From assembly GCA_028534125.1 (NCBI GenBank), contig CM052817.1:15750001-15814000 (forward strand): a DNA stretch of 64,000 nucleotides, read 5' to 3'. This document shows positions 39,448-51,885 of the stretch, piece after piece (within the stretch, counting starts at the first letter, position 1; every line of letters begins with the position of its first letter). This DNA comes from Lama glama. Lineage: Eukaryota. The translations under genes were made by a program, and so were the position numbers. The notes below the pieces were generated by a model. It did not search any database. It was not told the origin of the DNA and saw only the letters and a list, made by a program, of their open reading frames with translations.

Positions 39448-39525
39448 CTGAAATGGAGTTGCTGTAGACAAATGTATTAGAACCCCCTTCCCTTTCTGAA
39501 AATGGTTACATTTCTTAATACTTAC

Positions 39526-39571
39526 TTTGGTGACTCTGGGGTCAGAGGAAGAGATAAAGTTGTTGGTTTGG
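39526..39571 (-). CDS. PPARGC1A: PPARGC1A exon 6 (46 bp)
   Basis: Translates (A)KPTTLSLPLTPESP(N); acceptor CCCTTTAG, donor GTAAGT. Confidence 0.97.
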
Positions 39572-42500
39572 CTAAAGGGAAAAAAAGGAAACTAATTATG
39601 AGATACTGAGTGTTTCTCAGATTTGTTTTCTTTCTACAACAGTCATGTTGGAAACTGGAAACTGGAAAACTAAAATAAGGAAATCCCTGAATATTGGATC
39701 AAAGTCAGACAACAGTCCATTATGCTAAAACAAATTTCAAACAACATTTGCATTGGTAAACTATCATTTGAAAACACAGACGAAAACAGAATTTTCCCCC
39801 AAATGTAGCATCCCTGTTAAGGATACAAAATTTGCATCAGATCATCAGAGAGAAATAATGTTTTCTGTTTTAATTTGGAATAGAGTACACGGTTTGTTTA
39901 GACAAGAAAACAGCAGAGTAACTACAAGATGACAGAATGTTATGAATATTCAGTTGATTTTTCTCTTAAAATGTATAATTTGATGTCTAGCCCTGAGAAT
40001 CAGTTATTTCTGTGAGGCCAAAGCTCACTCAGTCACCATTCTATTCACTGAAAATTAATTGAGAGATTATAGCAGATTGTGGACACTGATCCACACAGTT
40101 TAAAAGGGGTTCAGATTCCCAAGTCTAACAGACAGCTAGAGATGCTGTTTATCAGCTGAGAGACCTACAGACTTGCAGAAAGAGCACATGTACTTTCTTT
40201 TATGCTTCCTAAATCTTACCTCCAACAGGAGGCATTTCCCAATTATGAAGGGTGGAGTAAGAATCTTCTCACTCCAAAATTTCAATTGCTTCTCCTTGGC
40301 AGTCTTGTATTTTGAACAGAAGGAGGGGAAAACATGATGAGAAACGTACTTGGGATATACATCCACATACTATGTGTATATATATATATATATATATATG
40401 CTTATCTACAAAGACATATTTATAATGTGTGTAGGTTTTGTCAATTTTTTTCTCATTAAAATAACTACTTTCAAAAAGTCAAGAGGTAGTCATTTACGTA
40501 ATGTAAATCACAGACTTGAAACCGAAAAGGTCTTTAGAATAAACTCTCTTATTTTATGGATGAAAAACCTGAGACCTAAGACGCTAACTGATACTTCCAA
40601 GGCCATAAAACTAGCTACTGGCAGAGTTGGGCCCAGAATATGTTTTCTTTCTCCTATTATCAAAAAGAATTGCATTCAATATATACTACAGCAAATTAAT
40701 CAACCTGAGTAATTAAGGTCCTTTGAAATGTGAAAATATTATTTGTATCCAAATTAGGTTGGAATTAGGTACTTTACTCCGATAAATAGTATTTACATAT
40801 TTAATTTGTAGATTTAGATTTAGTTTTTAAACAATTGAATGGTTTATCATCTATCCAATGTGCATCCAGAAATATGAAACTCATGCTGTCTTGTACAAAT
40901 GAGGTACATTGATTGATTGGCTTTTTCATAAATACAGATAAATGAACTGGTTTGACGTTAATTTTGTAGTATTTCTGGTATAATGAGCTTTTCAAAAAGA
41001 ACACACTTCACACTGATGAAGGAACTTCACCAACTTTTATGGTACCCAACTAATAATTAAAATAGTGCATACAGGTGCGACAGAAAATATCACAGATATA
41101 AATTATGTGCTCTGTCATCCAATAACGTACACTGAAAATCAGCCACTGGAATTCCAGGTTGCAAGCAGAGGGTAGGCCATATGGAACGCTTAAAGGAAGA
41201 TTCCAAAAGTTCTGATAGTTGAGTACAAGGGAGGCCCATGGCAATAGAAGGAGAGGAACAGACAGGGGTCAGATTTAATGGGACAAAATACCAACAGGAA
41301 AACAGGAAATGGGGGCTACAAGAAAGGTACGGCTTCAAAAGCCCATGCTCACAAAAACCACCATTAGAGGAGCACTGATGTGGTTTACTCCACGCTATTC
41401 CAGCGACTGGTGGACCAGAGACGCTAAGATCCTTGCGGACAGCAATGTATCTTTTTCATGAAGATTGTGGTATTTCGCTGAATGAATATATCCGCAAGCG
41501 AATGATAAATGAACAAATGGGACACCCACTATCACCAAAGTCCAGACCATTACTCTAGGGAGTTGAAAAGAACTTGTCCCCACAGTGTTACAGAGAGCAC
41601 ACATGAATTTTTCACAGTGTGAAAAAATTACAATACATTAAGTAAGACAACCTCAGTAAATCCTCACAGTTATGGTCTCTAATTGTTCACATATTTTTGG
41701 CATTAAAATTGAATCATCATTTAAATAATCCCTGAAACTCAGCATTTATTTCCTGTTAGTTATTGACAGTCAGCCATGTTTACATGTTTATTCTTTTTTA
41801 GACATTTAGGAACTACAGGATTTTTTTTTCTTGTCAACCAGGTTTGTTCTTTTCTGGGATAGCTTCTGATGCCTCACCACAGACAACATACCTTAAAAAA
41901 AAACAAAAACCTACATATAGCAGGGCTCATCTAAAGAATATGTCCTTCACAGGCTAATTTAATTCTTTGCTGCCATGGTTTCTAACACTGTACAGTAATA
42001 TTCAGTGACACGTGGATTTACAAAATTAAAAAACCCTCAAAATCCAAAAGGACCAACTAAAATTGGAAAAAAAAAATCTTTAAAACGTGCTGCTGGGCTG
42101 GGTTCACTGACTACAGGATTTCAACAAGTTTGGGGCTTTTAGCTCCAGAAAATGAGCTCATGACTAGGGCGAGACGGAGAGCAGCCAGCGAGCTCTTCAG
42201 TTCTCTCGCTCAGTCCTATGGCTCCGCTGCGTCTGCCCTAAGAAAACTGCTCCAGCGCATGTGTCTGAGAGGCCAATCAGGGCGAAGCAAACGGAGAGAA
42301 TCTGGCTCATTTCGATAAATACATTTCCTTGAACTGGCAGAAAAGGGTGGACGGTGATATCCACTGGGGAAAACCTAATCGAGACCTAATTAAAAATATT
42401 AAAGGAATATGAAAATCCCAGGCCTATGGTGAGGTAGGGATGAGAGAGGGAAAATCAAAACCCTGGGAAAGAAAAGACATATTAAAAGCAGCGGCAACAG

Positions 42501-43498
42501 CATACCTGCACGAAATAATCATGGTTCAAAACAGGGATCAGGGGCTACTACTCTGCAGCTGGAAGGGGAATTGGGGAAACAAAAAGGGGAAAAAAAAAAA
42601 AGGAGGTGGATGTTTACAATTGCTATTTTAGAATATGTTTATTTCCACTACAAAGTTAGAGGTAGAGATAAGGTGGAAGTTAAATATTTTAAAAGCAACA
42701 GAGACTTTCAACAAGCTCTCTTCGGGCCTCTATGACCAGAATATTTTAAAGGAAGACGCCAAAAGAAAAAAAAAAAAAAAGAAATTTTCATTTTTGCCAG
42801 GAGAGGTTTTTCCCAAATCACCCTGATCTGCCTCTGAAGCATCAACCTTCTAGTAATGTATGGGGGCAATAAAATCAACCCAGATGTTCAGTGTAATATA
42901 AGCAATACTTTTTTTTTTTTTAATAGAAAGCCGTTTTTTTAAATAGCCAGCAATTTCCAAATCCTTACTTACAAAGTAAAATTTGTGAGTATGCCATTTG
43001 GTCTAAAAAAAGGAGAATGCACAGAATAATTGGGAAGGGTTGCATAAATACTATTTACTATTTCTTAAGGGATATACAGCAAATCTACTGTGCCTCGTTT
43101 TTTTTTTCCTCATTAGTGGGAGGGAAAAAAATAAAGCTCTTTCATGAACTGGCTAGACCAGCTTGCTCAGAACTTCAGTTATATCAGCAATTCAAAGATT
43201 CGTTTCCACCACATCTGTTGTGGCAGTTCCCTCCTCCCCACCTCACTCCGGACCCGGCTAAAACAGTTCAGGTGCATTTTGGTGATGGTGAATTAGGCTG
43301 CACATCAGCTGAATAAGATCTGTTCAAGTTGTGCCTCAGAAAGGATATTTTTTACCCCCAGCTAAAAAAAGTGCTGAATTCTCTTTTAAGAGAGACACGG
43401 ATGGAACAGAAGCCCGAAGTTCCCGTGCTCAGCCCCGCGCATGCTCACTTTGCCGTCAGCGCCCTAGCCGGCAGCGTGCGTTTTGGTCCCCAGCCTAC

Positions 43499-43703
43499 CT
43501 TGTAAGTGGTGAGACTGCGCTTGTGTGTGGGCCTTCTTTCTGGAGGTGCATTTGTCTCTGCTGCTGTTCCTGGTCTCTGTGGGTTTGGTGTGAGGAGGGT
43601 CATCATTTGTGGTCAGATACTTGAGAAGCTCCGAGCAGGGACGTCTTTGTGGCTTTTGCTGTTGACAAATGCTCTTCGCTTTATTGCTCCATGAATTCTC
43701 GGT
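43499..43703 (-). CDS. PPARGC1A: PPARGC1A exon 5 (205 bp), L3 motif LLKYL
   Basis: Translates TENSWSNKAKSICQQQKPQRRPCSELLKYLTTNDDPPHTKP...HHLQ; acceptor TTTTAAG, donor GTAGGC. Confidence 0.98.
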
Positions 43704-44582
43704 CTTAAAAACAAGGCATAAAGAAAAGCTAAAATTAGTGAACTGAACCTTATCAGAATGGATATAGGTTTTCTGAAGAGATGAGATTTTCAATGAAGTG
43801 TTCAGTCTAAGTGTACTAGATCTATGAGCTGTGAATAATTGTTTGCAGAACAAGGAAAGAAAATTACATTTAAAATTCCTAAATGACATTTATGCAGCTT
43901 TTTATTTCATTTCTCCTACATTTCAATGTTCCTACTCAGCAACATGTAACTAACAAGACCCTACAGCGCCTTTACTGTGAATAAAAAAAAAAGAAGAAGA
44001 AGAAGAAGCCGGTTTAAACCTTAATTTGCCACTGATTGCCAGAGCCCAGTATTCACAATTCTCTTAAGTACCCCTTAACGCTCCGTTTTCACTCACAGTG
44101 AATGGCAAGACAAACATTGTTTAATACAGCTCGCTAACCGAATTATGTCATTGCCAGCATTCCATCCAATTAATGGCAGAGATAGATCTTTTGCAGTGAT
44201 TCCAGAGCAATCTTTCTCAGGTTAGGCAGCTGGCAAAATGGCAGTGCTGCATCTTAAAGTCACTCGTAGATGATACCAGCCTATCAGCAAATTTTACTGT
44301 AGCCCACACTGCTGCACGTATTAAGAAAGTAGGCAGGACGTAACAGACGGTGAAACTTGCATTTCAGCCATCCAAAGACAAGGCGGAGATGAACTCCTCC
44401 TAGCTTTAAATAGCTAGAGCACCGCTTTGGAAACCCATTTCACAACCTGTTTCACTGTTGGGAAGCCCCTGCAGGATCCCAGCTGAATTAATGTATAGAA
44501 ACCTATTGTTTGTTTCATAGCTTTAAGCAAAAGCCCCTTGTTACTTCCCCTCCCGCATGAAAAAGAAATGTTACATCTGTAC

Positions 44583-44705
44583 CTTAACAACTGCAGGGTT
44601 GGTTCTGATCCTGGGATTATGGTTTGCATGGTTCTGGGTACTGAGACCACTGCACTCATTGTAACTTAGCTGAGTGTTGGCTGGTGCCAGTAAGAGCTTC
44701 TTAAG
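44583..44705 (-). CDS. PPARGC1A: PPARGC1A exon 4 (123 bp), LXXLL (LKKLL) motif
   Basis: Translates LKKLLLAPANTQLSYNECSGLSTQNHANHNPRIRTNPAVVK; acceptor TCTAG, donor GTACAG. Confidence 0.98.
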
Positions 44706-44884
44706 CTAGAAACAAACACATTGGGGAAGAAGAAAAGCAAACGAAGTGATTCAGCTTTTAAGCAACGGAATCAGGTGTTGAAATTTTAAGCTTAAAATTA
44801 ATTAATTCTCATTACAAAAGTGAATCCAATCACTCTAATTATAGCACATCTTAACACAATAGCACTAAAGCAGATTTACTTTTT

Positions 44885-44993
44885 ACTATTAGTTTTTTGG
44901 TTTTTTGATTTTTTTAAATGGACGTCCTGGGGATTGAGCCCAGGACTTCTTGCGTGCTGGGCATGCGCTCCACCATTTGAGCTGTACCCTCCC
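44885..44993 (-). mobile_element. tRNA-derived SINE, same family
   Basis: Minus strand GGGAGGGTACAGCTCAAATGGTGGAGCGCATGCCCAGCACGCAAGAAGTCCTGGGCTCAATCCCCAG plus A-rich tail. Confidence 0.8.
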
Positions 44994-46686
44994 TCTCAGG
45001 AAACTTATTTTTTAAAAGTAAGAAAAAGTTTGGCATGACACTGCCAGCTGTGAAAGTGTTACCTTTTCCTACGCTGGAGACTTAGTAGTGTCTACTTTAC
45101 ATTTTTTTTTCTTTTAGATAAAATAAGGCAAAAGGATCCTTCTAAAAAGATTTCCAAATATCTACAAAGTAAGAAAAGGGGTTTTGCTAAATGAGGACTT
45201 GGGAGTGGGGAGGGAGTATGTATACATTATCCTCACAACAACCTAAATGAATCAAGCGACAATAAATGAAAAATTCTGTGATTCTTTGAATCGTATTTCA
45301 CAATCAAGTGTTAAACACTACTGATTCAAAGAATATTTGGGCTAAAAGAGTGGCTGTCACTGAAAAGGATTTTTAAGTAGGTAGAATCCTGGCCTGTGGA
45401 TCAGGAGATGTGGGTTCTGACTCAGGCAAAGCATCTGCTCTGTCTTGACCTCTTGTCTCTCCTTTTGACCTGATGGCCTTCCCAGATCTCCCTGCTGGGA
45501 CATATAGTATGACTTTGAGTCAACAACCCCTCTGAGTTGAAACAACACTGTGGATGAAAACCATTGGGTATCAATGTAAAGACATCAGAATACCTGCCAG
45601 CAAAGCCAATGACACTGACACATGGACAGATCGGGAAATACGGATGTTACAGCTGCTTATGAGATAGTCTCCTCTAGGCCAAGCAATCTCAAAATGCAAA
45701 GGAATACAAGTAAGCCTCCATAGGTTTATGTGAAATGCTTGTTAACATTTAAAGACTTAGAGATGAGAGAGAAATAACATCTAACTGGCAGGCCAGAGCG
45801 CATTATTAAAGTTCGCAGGATGGCATCTCATAATTTACATTGTGTGCTCTTACATCAGATTTATAGCAAATGACAAATAGCTACCATAGCTGAAAAGGTA
45901 AACTGTGTCTTAGAACTAATAAAATCCCGATCAAGCACTGCATTGAAAAGAAAATTCACTCTTCATTGCCAACGAATCCACTCTTCATTGCCTACCATAA
46001 ATTTAGGTAACTTAGGTTGCAAATGTGCTATTATTTTTCAATCTTCCTAAGAATTATGGATCCAAAGCCTTAAAATATTGCATACTCTTTGATCTACCTT
46101 CTATTTCTAAAATAATATGCATGAGAATAAATCTATAAGCATGTCAATTATTATACAATTTATGATTGTGAAAAATAGAAAAAAAAGACTAAATACCCAA
46201 CCATAAAGGATTGCTTAATAAATTAGCTCATCTCCAAACAATAAAATACCATGCAGCCATTAAAGATTATGCAAACATTTAAAATTCACAAACACATGTT
46301 CATGATCTATTTTAAAACAAGAGGACATTTCCATCACTTTTGATATTAGAGGTTATTTGAAATTACAGGTGAATTTTTCATCTATTCTTTTTCATTGTAT
46401 ACATTTTCTAAGTTCCTAACTGTGAAAATGAGTAATACTCAGATGTAAAAATACACATTAACAGCAGAAGATAGTTTTAAAAAACTGCAGTGAGACCACA
46501 TGAAGACTGTATTACCAAGATTTTTAAACACAGAATCACAGAATTTGCAATGCTGAGTGTGCTTGGGGATTGTTTTGGCATCAGTCTAAATGAAAAATCT
46601 GAACCTTATTGTTACTACATCATACCCATGCAGCGGGTAGCCAGAGGCAACTCCAATTCCTGCTAAACAGTAGGAAGGGTTCTTAC

Positions 46687-46881
46687 TAGGGACGGCTCTT
46701 CTGCCTCCTGAGGCGGAGGGGTGCCGTCAGGCATGGAGGAAGGACTAGCCTCATTCTCGGTGGTCACATCTCCATCTGTCAGTGCATCAAATGAGGGCAA
46801 TCCGTCTTCATCCACAGGGAGACTGTCCAGTGTCTCTGTGAGGACTGCTAGCAAGTTTGCCTCATTCTCTTCATCTATCTT
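46687..46881 (-). CDS. PPARGC1A: PPARGC1A exon 3 (195 bp), activation domain with L1 motif LLAVL
   Basis: Translates KIDEENEANLLAVLTETLDSLPVDEDGLPSFDALTDGDVTTENEASPSSMPDGTPPPQEAEEPSL; acceptor TTTTTGCAG, donor GTAAGA. Confidence 0.98.
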
Positions 46882-49800
46882 CTGCAAAAACAGAAAAACC
46901 GAAGAAGTTACAAGTGAGTTGACGTGGGCAGATGAGTAACACTATTAATCAGCAGCGACTGAACATGTTTAACCAAATGAGTAAGCTATACATGAAATTT
47001 GGAACGTCCCCACCAGAACACAAAAAAGCATGTCTTCTTCAAATTCCAAACTTACTTCTGGTCTGAATCACACAATTAATTAATACCTCATCTCTTCCAG
47101 TCTCTGATGGTTGAGCTGTCCCATTTAGCCATTTATTGTGTCGGTGTTAATATTGCTAAATATGACCCTGTCTTGTTCATAGTCGTCTTCCACACATTTA
47201 TGTCTTGTTTCCCTAACTCAACGAGAAGATTTAAAGAATCTCAGGGCTTGAGAGAATTTTAACCATCAGCTATTGCATCTTCAGATACAGTGTTTCAACC
47301 TCTCGTACCGCATGCCCACCGAAATGTTTAGATAACCCTCTGTTTTACCACCACCAGAAACTGAAACTAAACTGAGAGAAACTATACACTTTCATGCTTT
47401 CAATTATAATCTCATCACTGAACACTTTGCAGTCATTTATTTCTCTCCTGACATCTCTCCCAACTTTAGTCATAAATCTCTAACTGCCTTCTGTACGTTT
47501 CTACCTGCTAATAGCTCCTCATCTCAAAATCCAAACTTGGGAAATTTCATGAAAAAAAACCCTGCTATTTCTCTTGACTTTCTGGGTTTGGGTAACAATT
47601 CTTCATACCCTAAACTCTGGAACTACCTTGAGTCCTCTTTACCTGGTCGGTTACTAAGTGGAGTCTTACTTTGTAACACGTCTTACATGCATTCATTTCT
47701 GGTGACCAGGGCTACTTTCTTGGGGTTGCCATTACTTCTAACGGGGGCTCTTGCAAACATGGTTGAACTCATTTTCCCCCCTCCCATGCTCATTCCCACC
47801 AACACATCCTCAGAAAGCTCATCTTCAGTTATTCATTCCACAAACGTTTTTGAACACCTGCTCTATGTCAGGGCCATGCTAGATGCTGGAGATACAAAGA
47901 GAAACAAGACAAAACTCTGCCCCTCTGAGAGCCCTCCAAGGGAAGGGAAGAACCTGTAAACAATTTAGGATAGAAAAGAATATTTATCTGTACTCTGTAA
48001 AAAAAAAAAAAAGCTTTCAGGATCTTCCAGACTGGAGCTTTTACATCTTGTCTTTAGGGCAGTGTGCTATATTCTTATGCACCTGAGCAACCAATGCCAA
48101 TGTGGGCACACAGTGTAGACAGTCATTAATTACTTGCCAAAGAATCCATTGATCTGCATTTTTTTTGCCTAAAATATACATTGTATAGATTACTTTCTTT
48201 TCCTTCTTTCAACACTTCACATTGTTTGTCCAGTCTGACCTGTTTCATAAGTCTTTTTTTTTTTTACGTTCGGTATGCTATGACATGAAGAATATCAGCT
48301 AAATTATCCCACACAGATTCTATTACAAAATGCACATAAGCTGCTGACATCTAATGAAGCCAGCAGTGCCCACACTTCCTTTCTCTCTAGCACTGAACTC
48401 CTGCTAATTGACCTGACAAAATTACAAGCATCACAGTGTAAGACAGCTAATCAGAAAATCAAATTGTATGGCAAGAGAAATTAGGCAGGCCTTTATCACG
48501 TATACATTCCTATTTTCACAAAAAAATTGTTTTCCCTCATTACTGATGAGTGTCCCTCCAGGAGTAAAACTAAGAACTTCTTTCTCGTTGGGATTCAAGA
48601 AGCCAGGAAGGGCCATTTGTACTCACGGTGGACTTCATTTTTATTTTATATCATTTTTATAAATATATTTATATTTATTTTTAACATTTGTTCCCACCCT
48701 CCTAATGCCCCTGGACTTGACATTGTGAGTCAAGTGGTTTTGGGCACACATAGTGGAGTAACAGTTCTATGAGGTTTTAGACTCTAGGGAGGTCAACCCT
48801 AATTGGTAGGGGTGAAATGTTAACTTCAAAATGGCACCACTTCCTGCCGTAACTGACCAGTTCTTTAAAATCCAAATTGCTCAATTCAATAACGAGGCTT
48901 TATTGAGCATCCCCTCTCCCCTTCAAGTATTCTGGACCCTGTCCGTGTGACCTTGATAATAAGGAAACTGAAATTTACCCTTATTTGCTGCAGAGGATCA
49001 TAATCTGGTATCCAAAGATTCCAATCTCTCCCTTTTTATTTTAACTGAGAATGCCCCACATACCAACAACCAAATTCAGGCTATTAAAGTGTTCTGAATA
49101 AAAGTTACATTTACGTGAAGTATATATTATTTCAAATCATCTCAAAATCATGAGATTTACATTAATATAAATATCTCCATATTATTACCAGATATAAATA
49201 ATCTTTGAAAATGTCTCAAGTGCACACATGCATGCATACATACAAGCACATGCTTTCAGTAAATTGGATGTTTTTCCAGGCATCGTAGTTTTCAAAAGCC
49301 TTATTTCACCTAAGTTCAAAAATAGCTCAAGAAAAAATAGTTAAGAATGTTTACCAATAAATGAGTAATTTTGTTTACTCCGATTTAAATTTTGTGTTTG
49401 GCTTCCCAGCACTACTACAAGCTTCTGTTTGCTTTCAATCACATAATACAATAGCGCCTTAGTTCTATCCCTTGTGTAAACAAACTACGGTAATTCCAAT
49501 CAAGTCAAAGTGACAAAGAACACTTAAATGAACTAGTTTTCTCCAATTTCTTTAATAAGCCCGGGTGAATGTACACCAAATACAATGGCAGAAATATTGG
49601 AGCTTGATAATGTCATAATTAATTTACAAGACCCGATTAAACCACCAACCATTTAAATTCTCCTCTCAACTGGAACCACAATGGGAGGGGAGGGCTTGTG
49701 GGATGGAAGACGCATTGTGTGTATAGGGGGTGGGGGGTGGGAGGTATGTGGGGAGGGCAGGCTGGTATTAAATCAGTATGAAACAGTGGGACGCTAATCA

Positions 49801-51725
49801 TTATTTTCAGCCAGTGTCCATCAGAAATAATTATTAAACCTTTTCATTATCATCTTTGTATGTATAAAGACATCTTTGTATACATACTCAGAGAGGTTTT
49901 CTAAGACCATTTGTTTTAATAAAGTTGTTCTTAAAGTGAGGGAGAAAAGAATGTCTCTCATTTGACCTTCTCTGTTTTCTTTAATCGTAGAAGACTGGGG
50001 GAAAAGTTGGATATTTACTGATGACACTTTTGTCTTGATGCTCAGCAGATATTCCCACATGTAAAGTTGAGTGGACACTGTCCCTTATTCTGGCCATTTC
50101 AACGAATTTGTCATGAGTTTCAACAATCCCACACCCCAGAGAAGGCAACACGTGTGACAAAAAGAACCCTGTTAAACAATTAATGTCACTTTCCATTATT
50201 GCTTGGGTCCCAATTTACAGAGCAAATACATCAAAGTCACTGCAAATGAAGCACACTGGCCTGCTAACACGTGTCTGTCCACAGGTGATGGGCAGGGAAA
50301 CACATTAGTCAGGAGAGTGACATTGCAAGATACACTTCCAAAGGCTGAGCTCTGATACCACTTTCTGGCTGTTCAAAATTACTGTTTTTATAAAAACACA
50401 CTTAAGAGCTCCATGCAAGTTAAGAAGAGAAAAGCAGAGAGGTGAAAAAGAGAGGGCCGATCACCAACCGGGAAGGATCTACAGTTACACCAGCATCTCC
50501 TCCTGGCACTTGGGGGCTGAGAGGCAGAGGAAAGGTAGGAGGCAGGCCCTCGAGCATTTCCGCCCTAAGCTCTGTGGCTCTCAAGCAGCGTCTCCCAGGG
50601 TGGGATTCAACCCTGGCCTCTCCTTACACAAAGGAGCTATTCTTCCCACCTAAACAAAGGTCTCGCGACTGTCACACTTCACTCCTAAGGGCTCTCCAGG
50701 AATAAAGAAGGCACATCTACAAAAACTCGCTCGAGGTGCAAGGAATTTCCAGTGACAGATGATATGCACACATGTATACTAACAACCCACAGTTCAGAAT
50801 GTGCAGCACATCCGAGGCATGTCATGTCATTAACAAATGATAGTTCAGAACGATGGTAAAACCAGAAGATTCATTACTGCTCTCGGGACTGCAGGGTGCC
50901 TGTGTGAACAGCACTAGGTGTGATGCAGCCCAAAAGGGACAGCTGGAGGGGCAGAATCTGCCCCTTCCTGTGCCCCCAAGTCACACCAAGATTGAAATTC
51001 GGGATCTGGGATATAATATCTGGGCCTCGTTCCTTTGTGAGTGGTTGGCAAAAGATCCTCCAACCGGTTACACGTGGTGGGTGGACAATGCATCCAACTC
51101 ACTCAACTGCACACAGAGTGAATAAATCCACTAAATTAAGGAAGAGATGAGGGACTCTGAGCTATTGACACCTGAAAGGAGAAACACAGAGTGAAAACTG
51201 CATGAGGTTGCCCAAAGATTTTTCAATGCAGGCTATTATGGAAGGACCATGCCTTGCTTATGAGAGTAATTTTTTCCACTTCTTGTAGAATTGCAATTAG
51301 ACCTTGCATCCCCTGATTCTCACACTCGCTTGATCTCTGTTTGATAAAAATAGTTTAATAGCCATTTAATCACAGCTTCATTATCTTAGCTCTCTTAATG
51401 CGAATTAGGCCAGGAGAATTCTTGCTTCCTCATTATTCAAATCGTCAATAAGAAGGAAACAGTGGGGTCTCCTTATCATTCATTAATCAGTTTCAGTACC
51501 TTAGGTACTGTTTACTCAGAGATCAGCCTGTGTGAGAGGTCACTTAGCCTCTCTCAGCCTGTATTTTTCACTATGTAAAGTTTTGGATTATTATCTGCGG
51601 AATCCCTGTGACAGAATTTTTCTACACTTGTGAGTAATAAGAAGAAAAGGAAGAGTTAATGACAGCCTGAGAATTCTTGAAGAAGGTGCTCAATAAACAT
51701 CTCCAGTCTATGTGCCCATCATCTT

Positions 51726-51885
51726 TTAAAAATTTTTTTAATTTTATTTATTTGGGCCAGGGGTGGGGGGGAGAAGGTAATTGGGTTCATTTATTTATCT
51801 ATTTTTGACCGAGGTACTGGGAACTGAACCAGGCCTGTGTGCATGCTAAGCACACGCTCCATCACCGAGCTATACCTTCCTCCCC
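51726..51885 (-). mobile_element. tRNA-derived SINE, same family
   Basis: Homologous to 794-937 including the AATGAACC body; TSD TGCCC(A/G)TCATCTT at 51713-51725 and 51887-51899. Confidence 0.85.
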
